Positions 1-13,826 of a stretch of DNA of 64,000 nt are shown piece after piece. How positions within the stretch are numbered: the first letter of the stretch is position 1; each line of letters starts with the position of its first letter. The notes under the pieces were generated by a model that did not search any database, had not been told where the DNA came from, and was given only the letters and a program-made list of their open reading frames with translations. Made by a program: the position numbers and the translations under genes. The DNA comes from Octopus sinensis (taxonomy: Eukaryota), in assembly GCF_006345805.1 (NCBI RefSeq), contig NC_043012.1, positions 25,792,001 to 25,856,000 on the forward strand. The letters are read 5' to 3'.

Positions 1-824
1 GCAAATAACCAACAATACAACTAATTATTTTTTGATACAGTTGTTGGCGAAAGGGAGTTACCGCATGTGAGCTAGATCAAAGAAAATGAGCAAGTTTGGA
101 CGTGGTTTTTCGCGACAGCTATGCTCCTGTGATTGATCGAATTATCTGAGTACGATCAAAGAGGGAAATAATATAGCTGTTTGCTGCGAAGACACGTGTT
201 TCGGTGTGCACTTGAAAGTGCTGACGCGTGGCGAACATGATCTATCGACCGAGGCTGGACATATGAATGTGTGTGGTCATTAAGACCGATTATAAGCTGA
301 TGAAAAGGGCAGAACAAGTGCGCTATATATCTGCTTCTGAGCAGTGCATAGAAATAAGAATGTCACCTTTAACATCAGTACAGGAAGATGGTTAATAAAA
401 ATGTCTCCAGAAGTATTTCTATACCTGTTTCCTAGTGGGGACCCGAATGTAGCATTTCGAAAACGTAAACTTCAAATCTGTGTGTATTTTCAGATTTTGG
501 GTACGATTTCCGAGGTGTAGACTTGTATTGATGAAAAGAAAGTGCTTCACAAAATTAATCTGATGCCACTGATTGGCAACTGGTTTATTATAAATAGCAT
601 CCTTAATATCCAATTTTGCTACTTGTGTGTGAAACCTATGATTTCAAACTTTGTGATCCAACAGATATAAAGCTACCGGCAAACACAAAATCTCTCATAC
701 ACATCAATATACAACATACACACTCATACATTCATACATACACATAAAATGTGCGTACACAAATACATACTCAAACATATGTAGGTGTGTATATATACAC
801 ACACATACAGACGTACATGCATAT

Positions 825-862
<38 letters not shown>

Positions 863-1660
863 AATACAAAAGTACATAGATGCATATATACTTGCATACA
901 CATGTATATGGCAGCATACATACATACATACATACAGACATGCATTCATGCATGCATATATACATTGATAGGTTATGTCCACCGTGTGTACCTGAGTGTA
1001 TGTCTGTGCATGTGTGTACGTGTGTGTGTGTGTGTGTGCTTGGGTACAAACCGGATGAATGAGATAGTGTATTTCTACTCGCTTTTTTTTTGCTTGTCTG
1101 TGTGTGCGTGTGTGTGTGTGTGTGTGTGTTGCGTGCGTGCGTGCGTGCGTGTGCGGTGGCGCGTGGCGAATCCGTGTGTGTGTGTGTGTGGTGTGTGTGT
1201 GTGGTGTGTCTGTGAGAGGGAGAGCGAGTTAGCGTTCAAAGGTGTGTCGTTTATCCGCCGTTATCTTAATATCGTAAAAAGAAATCACATCTTCACCAGC
1301 AGCAACAGTAACAACATCAACAACAGCCCAAACAGCAACGGCACGGCAGTAGTAGTAGTAGTAGCAGCAGTAGTAGCAGCAGTAGAAGCAGTAGAAGCAT
1401 TGGACAGTTTCGCCAATAGATTTCAGTAGTAGCATGAACAGCTGAAGTAACCGGGCTGCCTCAGCGCCTGTAACGATATAATCATTGATGTTGCCGCATT
1501 TCGAAGTATGTCTATTATGGTTGTTGTTATTGTTGGTGGTGCCGGTGGTGACGTTCTTACTGTTAGTTGTTGTTGTTGTTGTTATTAACATTTGGTTGTT
1601 TTTGTTGTTGTTGTTGTTGTAATAGTTATTGGTGTTGTTATGCTGCTTCTTTTGTTTTTT

Positions 1661-1866
1661 TGTTTCAGTCATTTCGACTGCCGCCGCCATGCTGGAGCAC
1701 CGACGTCAGTCGTGCAAATCGACCCCCTCCCCCCCACCAGAACTTATACTTTGTAAGCCTAGTACTTATTCTATCGGATCTCTTTTTTTTGTCGAACCGC
1801 TAGGTTACGAAAATGTAAACACACCAGCATCTGTTGTCAAGCGATGTTGGGGGAAAGAAACACACA
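1661..1866 (-). mobile_element. SINE family A, 3' half
   Basis: tgtttcagtc...gccatgctggagcacc...ttgtcaagcgatgttggggg block recurs at 5.7, 22.7, 26.0, 43.4, 47.5 and 52.4 kb. Confidence 0.85.
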
Positions 1867-1907
<41 letters not shown>

Positions 1908-1956
1908 ATATATATATATAAGAATGAATATTTTTATATATAATGAACGTGAAATA

Positions 1957-3114
1957 CAGGAAGGGACGAACACGGAACACAGACAAATCATTCGAAGCCT
2001 TCAATCTTCAGTCAGACACCGAATCATCATAGCAAATTTCGGCTGTTCAATTCTGATATTTGCTCCAACTCGGCCAGCCCCAAGAAAAAAAACTAAGCTG
2101 TAAGCATTAGATTTCTTGGTAGAAGACAGGAATGTGAACGCACAAGACGGATGTACCACTACAGTACCGTACTTCGATCCTCGAGTCAGAAAAATGATTT
2201 CCTCCTCCGATCTTCTCAGGGCCTCCTCTATGCATTCCATGTTTACGATCTCTATTTTCTTTCTTTCGTTCGCGAACACCCTGTAAATTATGGTCATTTT
2301 ATTGTACCATTCCTTTCTCTTTGGTGGTGGTTCCAGTTCCACCTCGCCGCTGTCCTTCCTCATATACCTCTGGAAACCTGGCAATTTTTCCAGGTTTATT
2401 TCCTTTTCCTGTTCCGTCTTCTTTTTTGCAACTCCTGCGTACGTTTCCTGTTTTTGTCTCCACATTATTTACATCACCGATTTGCTCGTCTTCAGAGTTC
2501 GATGTCTCCGACAAGCTCTCAAATATCCATTCTTCCTCCGACTCCTCCACTAGGGAGTGGTCATTCATCTCCTCCCGCCTGACAGGCCAAAACGGCCGTC
2601 AAAACAGAAAAAGTGTAACGCGCAGAACCAGTGGAACGCGAAACGCTTTAACGCCGTTCCAAATTTCCACAACAACAACAACAATTCTTTTTGATCTTTT
2701 TTTACCGATTTTACGAGCGTAAAAAACACGACCGAACTCAAACTGACGAACAGACAACTGATCCGCGGGGACACATGTTGGTCGAGATACGAAGGCCAAC
2801 AGAATGGTTTAAGAAGCAGCAGGTCGCAGGGAGAGAGAGAAGAGAGACAGAGAGAGAGGAATCAAAGAGGGTGGAAGGCAGGGGACAGAATCAGTGACCA
2901 AGAGAAAAGGAGAAAGAAGGGATTAAGGAGGATGGGAGGAAGAGGGGAGGAGGATGGAGGAAGAGAGGGGAAGAATCGGAGGGCGCCAAAAAGTTTGGTG
3001 AAGAAGCAATGGCGGGTAGTGTAGTGAAGACAGTGTGTATAGAAGTCGTGCAGGGTTTAAATTGGACAAACAAACGGGGGGGGGGGGGGGTGCACGTAAC
3101 GCCGCAATAATATA
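1957..3114 (-). mobile_element. Internally deleted non-LTR retroelement (Tx1/L1-like) between 36-bp direct repeats
   Basis: Direct repeat 1921-1956 / 3115-3150 (1 mismatch) flanks a putative 5' UTR, an ORF1 N-terminus and a short possible 3' end. Confidence 0.55.
2150..2568 (-). pseudogene. LINE ORF1 (gag-like) N-terminal fragment, frameshifted
   Basis: ORFs 2299..2568 and 2001..2465 join across a frameshift: acidic N-terminus, TYAGVAK, EEALRRSEEEIIFLTRGSKYGTV. Confidence 0.6.
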
Positions 3115-3472
3115 AGAATGAATGTTTTTATATATAATGAACGTGAAATATATATAACGGTTGTATGTGTGCATATATACGTATTACGTATACATATGTG
3201 TGTATATATATAGAGAGAGAGATTTATTATATATATATAAATATATATATTTATAAATATATATATATATATATATATATAAATATATATAAATATATAT
3301 ATAAATTATATAAAATATATATATAAATATAATATATAAATTATATAAAATATATATAAATATATATAAATATATATATAAATGTATATATAAATATATA
3401 TATAAATATATATATATATATAGATATATATACAAATATATATATATACATATATATATATATTATTATACA

Positions 3473-3508
<36 letters not shown>

Positions 3509-3716
3509 TGTTTGGGCTAGACGCTGTATGTTCTCTTCACGAGCAGCTGTTGTTTTGGTTTCCGTCTGAGATGCATAGAGGCGCAGCAGGTGCTGTTTTT
3601 TTTGCATCGTGCGTGATTCCTTATTGACAAGCTTTGGTTTCGCTGTCAACTCTGATTGTGTTCTTCAAGTAGAAACCAACGTATCAGTGGCATATAGTAA
3701 CTCAGTCACTACTTGT

Positions 3717-3754
<38 letters not shown>

Positions 3755-4342
3755 TATATCTGTGTCTACGCGTGCATGTGTGCTTGCTTGCGTACGTGAG
3801 TATGTGCCTATTATTGTGCTTGTCAATGTGTGGTGTGTGTGCTGACTACTTTCAACAGGATGTAGAAGTGAGGTCAATTCGAGTGGAAGAATAGGCTGTT
3901 TTAAATATGGAAGTGGTTATTGAGTCACAATATAGCCAAATGTTTAGGAAACATCCATTGCGATTACGAAGTCGTAGTTCGAATCCACTGCGTGCCATCA
4001 ATAGCAATATACAGTTTTCTCTCTATATACATTTATATAATTTCAGGTCGACCGTAAAGAAATGTGACAGGTGGAGTGGAACTGTAATTCCAAAGATACA
4101 AACCTGTCGCCTACTCAGCCACGCTGATTCTACAAGAAAATTATGTTATGATTACGACTAACTGCGCAATGCTTAACCAGTTAAAAGTTAATTGAGCAAG
4201 AAATAATTCAGTTGATGCAAGAATGAATTGCATTGTCGAAAGACGGAGATTCAACATAAAAGGTCTTGGAATGGAAGATTTGTACAATCCTGGTATAGAC
4301 GGTTCAACACATTTAGTTCCCGCAATCTACAGTATTGGCCTT

Positions 4343-4582
4343 ATTACCTATTTCTTTACTACCCACAAGGGGCTAAACATAGAGAGGACAAACAAGGATA
4401 GACAAACAGATTAAGTCGATTATATCGACCCCAGTGCGTAACTGGTACTTATTTAATCGACCCCGAAAGGATGAAAGGCAAAGACGACCTCGGCGGAATT
4501 TGAACTCAGAACGTAGCGGCAGACGAAATACTGCTAAGCATTTCGCCCGGCGTGCTAACGTTTCTGCCAGCTCACCGCCTTA
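4343..4582 (-). mobile_element. SINE family B
   Basis: gagctggcaga...ttctgagttcaaattccgccgaggtcg...tttagccccttgtggg on the minus strand; gccttattacc repeated at both ends. Confidence 0.85.
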
Positions 4583-4699
4583 TTACCATAAACGCCACCA
4601 TTTACTCGTATCCTTTCGCATTCGAGAAATATCTAAACACAATTCATGTACAGTGGATGAATTCTTCTTCCCACCGACTTGCACGCTGTCTTCTCTCTC

Positions 4700-4732
<33 letters not shown>

Positions 4733-5377
4733 GCACGACCATTATATATGTATCTGTCTATCTATATTTTGTGTATTCTCTTCGCTATGGATTGGGTCTT
4801 GCGCAAATGGTAAATATGTTTGAGGAATATTCAGCCATTTTCTCCATAATCTAATAAAGGATAAAATAGGCAATCGACAAATTTAACACGATTTGTCGTC
4901 GAAACCGACGAAGAAATCCGTCACTGACGTTACGGAGTCTTTTACTTTTAGATTTATTTATTTGTCTTTTTATGTGTTTATTTATTTATTGTGCTGTGAT
5001 ATTCCGTAATGTACAGTCAATAGAATTAGGGGTATATATGAACGTATATGCTGTGTGTGCAAGCGAAGCATCACGTATCCACAAACGACCGTAGACTTTC
5101 TGATAGGTCATTGCCTTCTTGCTGTATTCTGATATAATTTGGTCGCAGTTCGTTTTCCAATTTGAATAATATACACTCAGACGCAAAGATAAAAATCTTA
5201 CTGAGCTCGTATTAAGGATAGGAATAGTACGAAATCAATGTGTATATACTCACAAACAAATATAAACACATACATGAATGCATGCATTCATGTATGCAGT
5301 AGAGTAATGTAGTTAAAGTGTATATACATACATCCATGCATACATACGCAAACGTATATATACATACATACACCCCC

Positions 5378-5419
<42 letters not shown>

Positions 5420-5422
<3 letters not shown>

Positions 5423-5663
5423 GGTTGGCCAGAATTTATCTGACAGGAAATCAAAACCTTTTAATTCCAAGATTAAAACAAAAACAAAAAAAATTATATT
5501 ATATGGGACTTCTCTAATAAACACACAAATGTTGGGAAATAAAGTGATTTTAACTCAGAGCATTCAATTATTAAACATTCATTATTGGAATGAGTAAATA
5601 AAATTGAATATTAAGTAATTATGGAATTTTGATTTATTGTCGGCTGACTTTTGGCCAACCCTG
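5420..5663. mobile_element. Tc1/mariner-type MITE
   Basis: Imperfect TIRs cacggttggccagaatt / acttttggccaaccctg; the same left end (ta-cagttgttggccaaaagt) recurs at 30803. Confidence 0.6.
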
Positions 5664-5685
5664 CTTATGAGATGAGGAGGGAACT

Positions 5686-6132
5686 CTCTCTTTTACTCTT
5701 TACTCTTTTACTTGTTTCAGTCATTTGACTGCGGCCATGCTGGAGCACCGCCTTTAATCGAGCAACTCGTCCCCGGGACTTATTCTTTTGTAAGCCCAGT
5801 ACTTATTCTATCGGTCGCTTTTGCCGAACCGCTAGGTAACGGGGACATAAACACACCAGCATCGGTTGTCAAGCAATGCTAGGGGGACAAACGCAGACAC
5901 ACAACACCAACAACAATCATATATAGATATATATATAATATTTATATATAATAATAGATATATATATACATATATACGATGGGCTTCTTTCAGTCCCGTC
6001 TCCAAATCCACTCACAAGGCTTCGGTCGGCCCGAGGCTATAGTAGAAGACACTTGCCAAGGTGCCACGCAGTGGGACTGAACAGGGAACCATGTGGTTGG
6101 TAAACAAGCTACTTATCAACAGCCACTCTGCG
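5686..6132 (-). mobile_element. SINE family A, full length with internal microsatellite
   Basis: tRNA-like head at about 5975-6132, body at 5710-5905, (gagtaaaa)n tail. Confidence 0.85.
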
Positions 6133-6846
6133 AACAAGCAATTATTTTATGGAACGTCATTAGCTTACTGTTGCTTTGCAGTGGACTCATAATGGAGTCC
6201 TCGAATAATATTTTTAGAAACTTTTTCGGAACATCAAATATGAAGGGTACTTTATATTTGACCTCGGTTGTCGATATGTTATTTCTCTTCTTTACAAGCG
6301 TTGTTACATGAACTTCACATATCCTTCGTCATGCTGGTCTGCCTTCTCCATCAAATATATAAGGCATGAATGCCGATTCTTTTAAATAGATCAAATTATG
6401 GGTTATTCCGCGAGTTATAGAGGACTTGTGTAATTGATACGACTCATCTACTTGTGGCAACGTTAGCAGTACTAAATAAAATAACCATTCTGTGTCCTGA
6501 ATTGAGTCCTGTACTGTACCAGTTCAAACCTTATTTAGCGTTGTATCCGCTACCCGTTCTCCGAAAAGGATCGGTACTCCTATCAGAATTATATGGTGGT
6601 GGTTCTCTCTAAATTGAAATATGTGATAATGATACTACCACAATCGGTGACGTTATAATACAGCACTATAAAATTTGTGTGTCAGATGTTAATGACCACA
6701 GGAGGTGCTTCTGTAAAGCACATCAGAATACTTATACTACAAGGCACGAGAAAAATACAAATAAAATCACTTTTTACAATGCTAAGTCAAATATATATAT
6801 AGATATCTACCTATCCATTTATCTATCTAAATTGCTCTCCTCGTAT

Positions 6847-6885
<39 letters not shown>

Positions 6886-7786
6886 TATATATATATATAA
6901 TATATATATACATATATACGATGGGCTTCTTTCAGTTCCCGTCTCCCAAATCCACTCACAAGGCTTCGGTCGGCCCGAGGCTATAGTAGAAGACACTTGC
7001 CCAAGGTGCCACGCAGTGGGACTGAACCGGGAACCATGTGGTTGGTAAACAAGCTACTTATCACACAGCCACTCCTGCGAACAAGCAATTATTTTATGGA
7101 AGTCATTAGCTTACTGTTGCTTTGCAGTGGACTCATAATGGAGTCCTCGAATAATATTTTAGAACTTTTTCGGAACATCAAATATGAAGGGTACTTTATA
7201 TTTGACCTCGGTTGTCGATATGTTATTTCTCTTCTTTACAAGCGTTGTTACATGAACTTCACATATCCTTCGTCATGCTGGTCTGCCTTCATCCATCAAA
7301 TATATAAGGCATGAATGCCGATTCTTTTAAATAGATCAAATTATGGGTTATCCGCGAGTTATAGGACTTGTGTAACTTGATACGACTCATCACTTGTGGC
7401 AACGTCTAGCAGTACTAATAAACATAACCATCTCTGTGTCCTGAATTGAGTCCCTGTACTGTACCAGTTCAAACCTTATTTAGCGTTGTATCCGCTACCC
7501 GTTTCTCCGAAAAGGATCGGTACTCCTATCAGAATTATATGGTGGTGGTTCTCTCTAAATTGAAATATGTGATAATGATACTACCACAATCGGTGACGTT
7601 ATAATACAGCACTATAAAATTTTGTGTCAGATGTTAATGACCACAGGAGGTGCTTCTGTAAAGCACATCAGAATACTTATACTACATAGGCACGAGAAAA
7701 ATACAAATAAAATCACTTTTTACAATGCTAAGTCAAATATATATAGATATCTACCTATCCATTTATCTATCTAAATTGCTCTCCTC

Positions 7787-7790
<4 letters not shown>
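5963..7790. repeat. Tandem duplication, about 0.94-kb period, (TA)n-bounded
   Basis: 5963-6846 matches 6905-7790; differences are mostly 1-bp indels. Confidence 0.9.
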
Positions 7791-7852
<62 letters not shown>

Positions 7853-7951
7853 ATATACACACACATACATACAAAGACACCTTTCCAAGCAGTGCCCCAA
7901 AAGGATTCAGTTCAATGACTGAAACATGAAGAGATGTGTGTGTGTGTCTGT

Positions 7952-7985
<34 letters not shown>

Positions 7986-8113
7986 ACATGTATATGATGA
8001 TACATACATACACACATACACAAACGTGGTTTCACCTCTGAATTTCTCGTCCCTGCAGTCACTTAGTAACCGATTATGAGAAATATGTGTGTATCTATGT
8101 ATTTGCATATACC

Positions 8114-8145
<32 letters not shown>

Positions 8146-8171
8146 TATGTGTGTGTGTGTTTGTGTGTGTT

Positions 8172-8204
<33 letters not shown>

Positions 8205-8869
8205 ATACTCACACACAAACACACACGTCTGTGTGCACGTGAGTGTGTGTGTGTTCGTGTAACGCTTAAGGAACAGAATGAAGAGGTGAGGGATTCGCAT
8301 CAAACATTTCCCCGTTTCTCCATAAATCTTGTTCTCTCCTCCTCTAAAAATGTATTTCGAAATTCCAAGACACTTCAGAACAAGGAACCATGTCGCGCTA
8401 GACAACCGTTATATCTATTTAAAAGGGGACCATTTTTAAGGAGTGGGGAGAATATATATGAGAGAAAAATCAGTTTAGCATCACGCATAGATATGTTTTA
8501 AAGTCTAGCTCCCTTGGTGGCAGCGGCAATCACTGGTATCTTGCAGAGCAGCAAATTTTTACATATTTACACGCTAATCATTTCATAAGACCATTTAAAT
8601 TTACATACCATAGAAATGCTAAAATCCAACATACTTAAGCCATTTTATCTCACATTCTATATCTGACAGGAATATGTATGTTATGACTGTAAATTTTGAC
8701 GTGTTATTTTTTTTTCACACATCGTGGTTATGTGAAGTTATTAAATGAAAAATGTATAAAGATGAAATAAAATTGTTCTTAGTTAATTATTATCCGTTAA
8801 AGTATATTTGATATACTAAGATATGACCGATGAAACGATATATAAGTGTATGTGTATGTGTGTGTATAT

Positions 8870-8928
<59 letters not shown>

Positions 8929-10462
8929 GTGTGTTTTGTGTATCTGTATGGTAAATTTGACGTATTTGTTTCATACACAACAGCACACAGTTCCTAAATA
9001 ATGAATGAGCAAAGAGGGAAAAGAACAAGGAGAAATGTTAGAATGTAGAGCAGCGTTGTCATTGAAGCTTGAGAAAGTCTGTATTTATCATTGAGTGACA
9101 GACACGGAAGAAAGCCAGTCTATATATCTTACATTGTTTAACAAAGTAAATCACCAGACACCAAGTAAACCAATGAAGATACTACTTCGTCGGTAGCAAT
9201 AACCTCCTGTTCACGAAACCTTTTAAACTTTCATATATTTTATTTGTATCCTTCTCTCTATCTCTCTTTTATTTTCTGTCTATGCCTCTGTCCTCTCTCT
9301 TTCTTTCTGAATGTGCTATATCTAATGACGGGTACAGTCGTAAAATCCTTACGTATGACCGAAGGTTCATATTTTCATTCTTGGGTAACATACAGCAGTG
9401 GTTTCCTGTTGCTTTTTGTCAATAAATTTACAAGTACTAGCAAACCGACAGACTCCTAGAATCTCATTCTCCTTTCCTTCCACCGCAGGCGCAGGGCCTG
9501 CGTATCCTATAAATACAAATAATGATTGATTCCGCATAAGGAGATGTTCAAACGCTTGTGGCCTTGTGACATACACCCAGGGCCCAGGTTTAATCCAAAT
9601 CGCCTGCTGTTTGATCTGTGACTGGTTGTGCAACCCTGGACCATAACATACAGGACGTAATGTTGACAAATTGGTAAATTCATTTGTATGTTAGTGTTTA
9701 TGTGAGTGAGTGAGTTTTTGTGTGTGTTTTACTTCTGTGTATTTTGTGCTTTGCACATTTTATAATTAATGAGTTGCAATTAACACTTCTATTGTTCTAT
9801 ACGTGATATTGCGATACGTAGATTCTGCTTATTCTCATAACATTTCGCTTTTTGTACATTTAATGCTTAGCTCTTACTTCCAGAATGGGATTATAACAAT
9901 AAAACCTGGGTGTTTCGCTGGAATAAAATATACATTCACGTTATAAATATTAAATGAATGATTATGACTTAGACATTGGAGGAAGCACAGTGAAAATGAT
10001 TTGTTTTTTGTGCTCAAGGTTATAAGGCCTGGAACATTCGTTGGAATATACATACGTGTTATCTACTCTAAATAAACATTTATGGCTTAACCATAAGAAG
10101 AAGAAGAGAGATTTCTTCTTGTTTTTAAGACTGGTTGTTAAATGGCAGACATTTCAACTCGTAAGTTTCTGAAGCAGGAAGCTATTCAAGCAAAGATCAA
10201 GTTGTCGTATACAGAGGACCTAGTCTAACGCTTAATTATTGACTGGACTGCATTAATGTTACTCAGAGATAAGGTTTTAATGTTAAAACGGTCGATGAAT
10301 TAAATGTACAGAGTATGCTTAATTGTTTAATGAGCTCGCTTTGCAACGGCCTGGATTCGGTTTCAATTCCGCCGCGTGGTAGTTAGGATAATTGAGTTGA
10401 ATTATTATTCCCTGAACGACTCATAACTTGTCAGTTAAGTTAGAAGACGGAAAATGTGTAGA

Positions 10463-10692
10463 ATACCTATTTCTTTATTACCCACAAGGGGCTAAACATA
10501 GAGGGGACAAACAAGGACAAACATAGGTATTAAGTCGATTACATCGACCTCAGTGCGTAACGGGTACTTAATTTATCGACCCCGAAAGGATGAAAGGCAA
10601 AGTCGACCTCGGCGTAATTTGAACTCACAACGTAGCGACAGACGAAATACGGCTACGCATTTCGCCCAACGTTTCTGCCAGCTCGCCGCCTT
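10463..10692 (-). mobile_element. SINE family B with 16-bp target-site duplication
   Basis: aaatgtgtagaatacc at 10452-10467 and 10695-10710 flanks the SINE. Confidence 0.85.
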
Positions 10693-10769
10693 ATAAATGT
10701 GTAGAATACCGTCATTTAGATGCATACATCTATGTTTGCTTTTGTTTATGTATACCCTCCCCATTTCCC

Positions 10770-10960
10770 GACAACCGTTACTGCTTTGTTTACATATCTG
10801 TCATATAGCTGTTCAATAAAGGAGATCGATACAATACCGGACTTTAAAAAGAAAATAAACTCCAGAGTTAAATATTAAATATTAAAAAGAGCAGAGTTAA
10901 ATATTTCAAGGTCGTGCTCCCGCATGGCCGCAGTCCAAAGACTGAAATAAGTAAAGGAGA
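10770..10960 (+). mobile_element. Decayed SINE family A 3' half
   Basis: gtgctcccgcatggccgcagtccaaagactgaaataagtaaag matches the family A end. Confidence 0.6.
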
Positions 10961-12405
10961 GATGAAGAGGAATTTTTTGATTACTTACTCTTCAACAAGA
11001 GTTCTATGAAAGTCAACAATATTGAGACGAGTATTGCTAATCCTGTTTTAGTGAATAGTTCAAGCAATCCGTCTTATATTTGTATCATACTTAGGACATC
11101 GGTTATTCATCTGGCAAAAATCATAGTATGATAAGATTAAATTCATTAGAGTAATTAATTCTAATTCTTTATCTCCCGAATTTGAATCCTTCTGGGACTG
11201 ACATATCTTTTCATCTCCTGACCATTCCTGGAAATCGATCGGCTGGCGATGATTCAAGGAGCTAAATCCCTAACTTAAAAATCTGTGAAAGTTTGCCAAC
11301 AAAAGAAGTCAGTGGTATATGTGAGTATACATTGTGCGACAACTTCAATGCAACATTCAATAAAAGATGTTACTTATGTGTGTATATATTTACAACTGTT
11401 CTGTTTCTGATAGCAGCGATTCCACAATCATGTTTCTGATAATTAATATAAACCGCTCGCAATTTCGATGAAAAGCGTTTTTCTTTTTATCTGAAGCAAA
11501 ATTCGTTTGTTTCCCTTTGACAAAGGCAACAGGAAAACTGGAAAAAATGGAGGACATACATAGCCACAATCTTCTACACGTGATCTCAAATAACTGACTT
11601 ACACTTTACACTTAAAAGCATTCGTGTCTGAATTCAGCCCCGGTGGCCAATGTGAGCCTTTCGGTAAACGCATTCCACTGGGTTGACATATCTCTTAACG
11701 GATTCTGTCTCATAAGGTTACGTTGGTCATACGTTGTCCTTCGTGTAGCGATTAAGTCCTTACTCCGGCCTCCTAGACTTGACGGAGGACGTATAGCAAA
11801 GATCTGAGGTCTGAACTTTGTTACTACAGTCACACATACACTCACGCAAACGCACACCGAGGTCGTCTTTGCATTTCTTTCTCTGAGTTCGGTAAAAAAA
11901 AAATCAGTTTATCTCTGTGGTAGATGTAATCGCCTTTAACCACCCCCCTCAGCAATTGCTAGTCTTGTGCCAAAATTTGAAACTGATATGTATAAAAATT
12001 AAATAACTTCGAAAACGGTCTGTCTGCTTACTAAACGATATGCACAGTAAAATGCAGGATATTGGATATATTTCTCGAATGACGATGTTGAAGGAATCCA
12101 TTAATCTTCATCTGAATGCAGTTCTATTGAGCTTCTTAAAATTGTCGTAAATGAAAATTATAATTCACACAGGTAAATATGTAGCGATGAGAGGATCACC
12201 TGTAGAAATTAGCATTAGTTTTTGGTAATTATAGATTTCTGGAATCTATGTAAGAAACTGCGTAGTCGATTAACTAGATTCTTGGATAGATCGATGAACA
12301 GACAGACAGAAAGAGTGCTAGCTATGTATATATATATATAGAGAGAGAGAAAGAAAGAGAGAGAGCTATATATGGAGATAGATAAATAGACAGACAACTA
12401 GGTAG

Positions 12406-12435
<30 letters not shown>

Positions 12436-12440
<5 letters not shown>

Positions 12441-13049
12441 CAGAGAGAGGCAGACACCTATGCAAGAGTTTAGGTGTATGTGTTTGTGTGAATATGTAGT
12501 TAAACAATAATTTATTAACTTAGCTTATAGAAAATAATTATATTAGAAATATATAACTAAGTTTATATGGCTGCAAGTGGCATGGTGAGATTTAAACAAA
12601 TCTATATGCAAAATCGATTTAAAATCTGTCAAATCAGCAAATACATACCTAAGGTCCTTTCAAAAACCAATGAATAATTTATGCGTTTGTTCTTTAAGGA
12701 AACATATCCACGAAGCACATATGGAGAGAAGGGGTTGGAAACATACTGAATAAACAGAAATCGATAATCGTGCACAAAAAGAGTAGAGATAGTGAAAATG
12801 AGGTAAATATACGTAAAGTCACACAATTAAATAAACAGCAAAAATATATGTTCACATAGTACTCACCTGCGCGCGCACACACACACAGACACACAAAGAG
12901 GTGTGGTAAGGGCTCGCTTCCAACCACATGGTTCGGGATTCAGTCTCTCTGTGTGACACTTATAAAGTCATTGCTGCTATAGCTATGATAAGATACTTCA
13001 GAGTGAATTAAACGGAAACTGCAGGAATCCCGTCGTGTGTGTGTGATAA

Positions 13050-13080
<31 letters not shown>

Positions 13081-13707
13081 AACATACAGAGAGAGGCAGA
13101 CACCTATGCAAGAGTTTAGGTGTATGTGTTTGTGTGAATATGTAGTTAAACAATAATTTATTAACTTAGCTTATAGAAAATAATTATATTAGAAATATAT
13201 AACTAAGTTTATATGGCTGCAAGTGGCATGGTGAGATTTAAACAAATCTATATGCAAAATCGATTTAAAATCTGTCAAATCAGCAAACTACATACCTAAG
13301 GTCCTTTCAAAAACAATTGAATAATTTAATGCGTTTGTTCTTTAAGAGAAACATATCCACGAAGGCACATATGGAGAGAAGGGGTTGGAAACATACTGAT
13401 ATAAACAGAAATACGATAATCGTGCACAAAAGAGTAGAGATAGTGAAAATGCGTAAATATACGTAAAGTCACACAATTAAATAAACAGCAAAAATATATG
13501 TTCACATACGTACTCACCTGCGCGCGCACACACACACAGACACACAAAGAGGTGTGGTAAGAGGCTCGCTTCCCAACCACATGGTTCGGGATTCAGTCTC
13601 TCTGTGTGACACCTTATAAAGTCATTGCTGCTATAGCTATGATAAGATACTTCAGAGTGGAATTAAACGGAAACTGCAGGAATCCCGTCGTGGTGTGTGT
13701 GTATAAA
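12436..13707. repeat. Tandem duplication, about 0.65-kb period, (TA)n-bounded
   Basis: 12436-13050 matches 13082-13707; differences are nearly all 1-bp indels; each unit ends in a SINE A head. Confidence 0.9.
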
Positions 13708-13711
13708 TATA

Positions 13712-13751
<40 letters not shown>

Positions 13752-13826
13752 TATATGTGTGTGAATACTTCGTTTTTGGATTCGGTTTGCAAGATACTTT
13801 ATGTGAGTTCCTGTGTTGAAGCATAC

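Noticed and set aside
724-1429. Many ORFs rich in YI, CV, HT, ER or LS dipeptides here and across the window
   Set aside because: They are translations of dinucleotide microsatellites.
6130-6780. Protein-like stretches on the minus strand of the duplicated unit
   Set aside because: Stops in all frames in both copies; no recognisable motif.
9367-9669. 100-aa minus ORF
   Set aside because: No homology recognised; non-ATG start.
11612-11857. 81-aa minus ORF followed by a GTAAGT donor
   Set aside because: Stop precedes the donor; other frames are closed.
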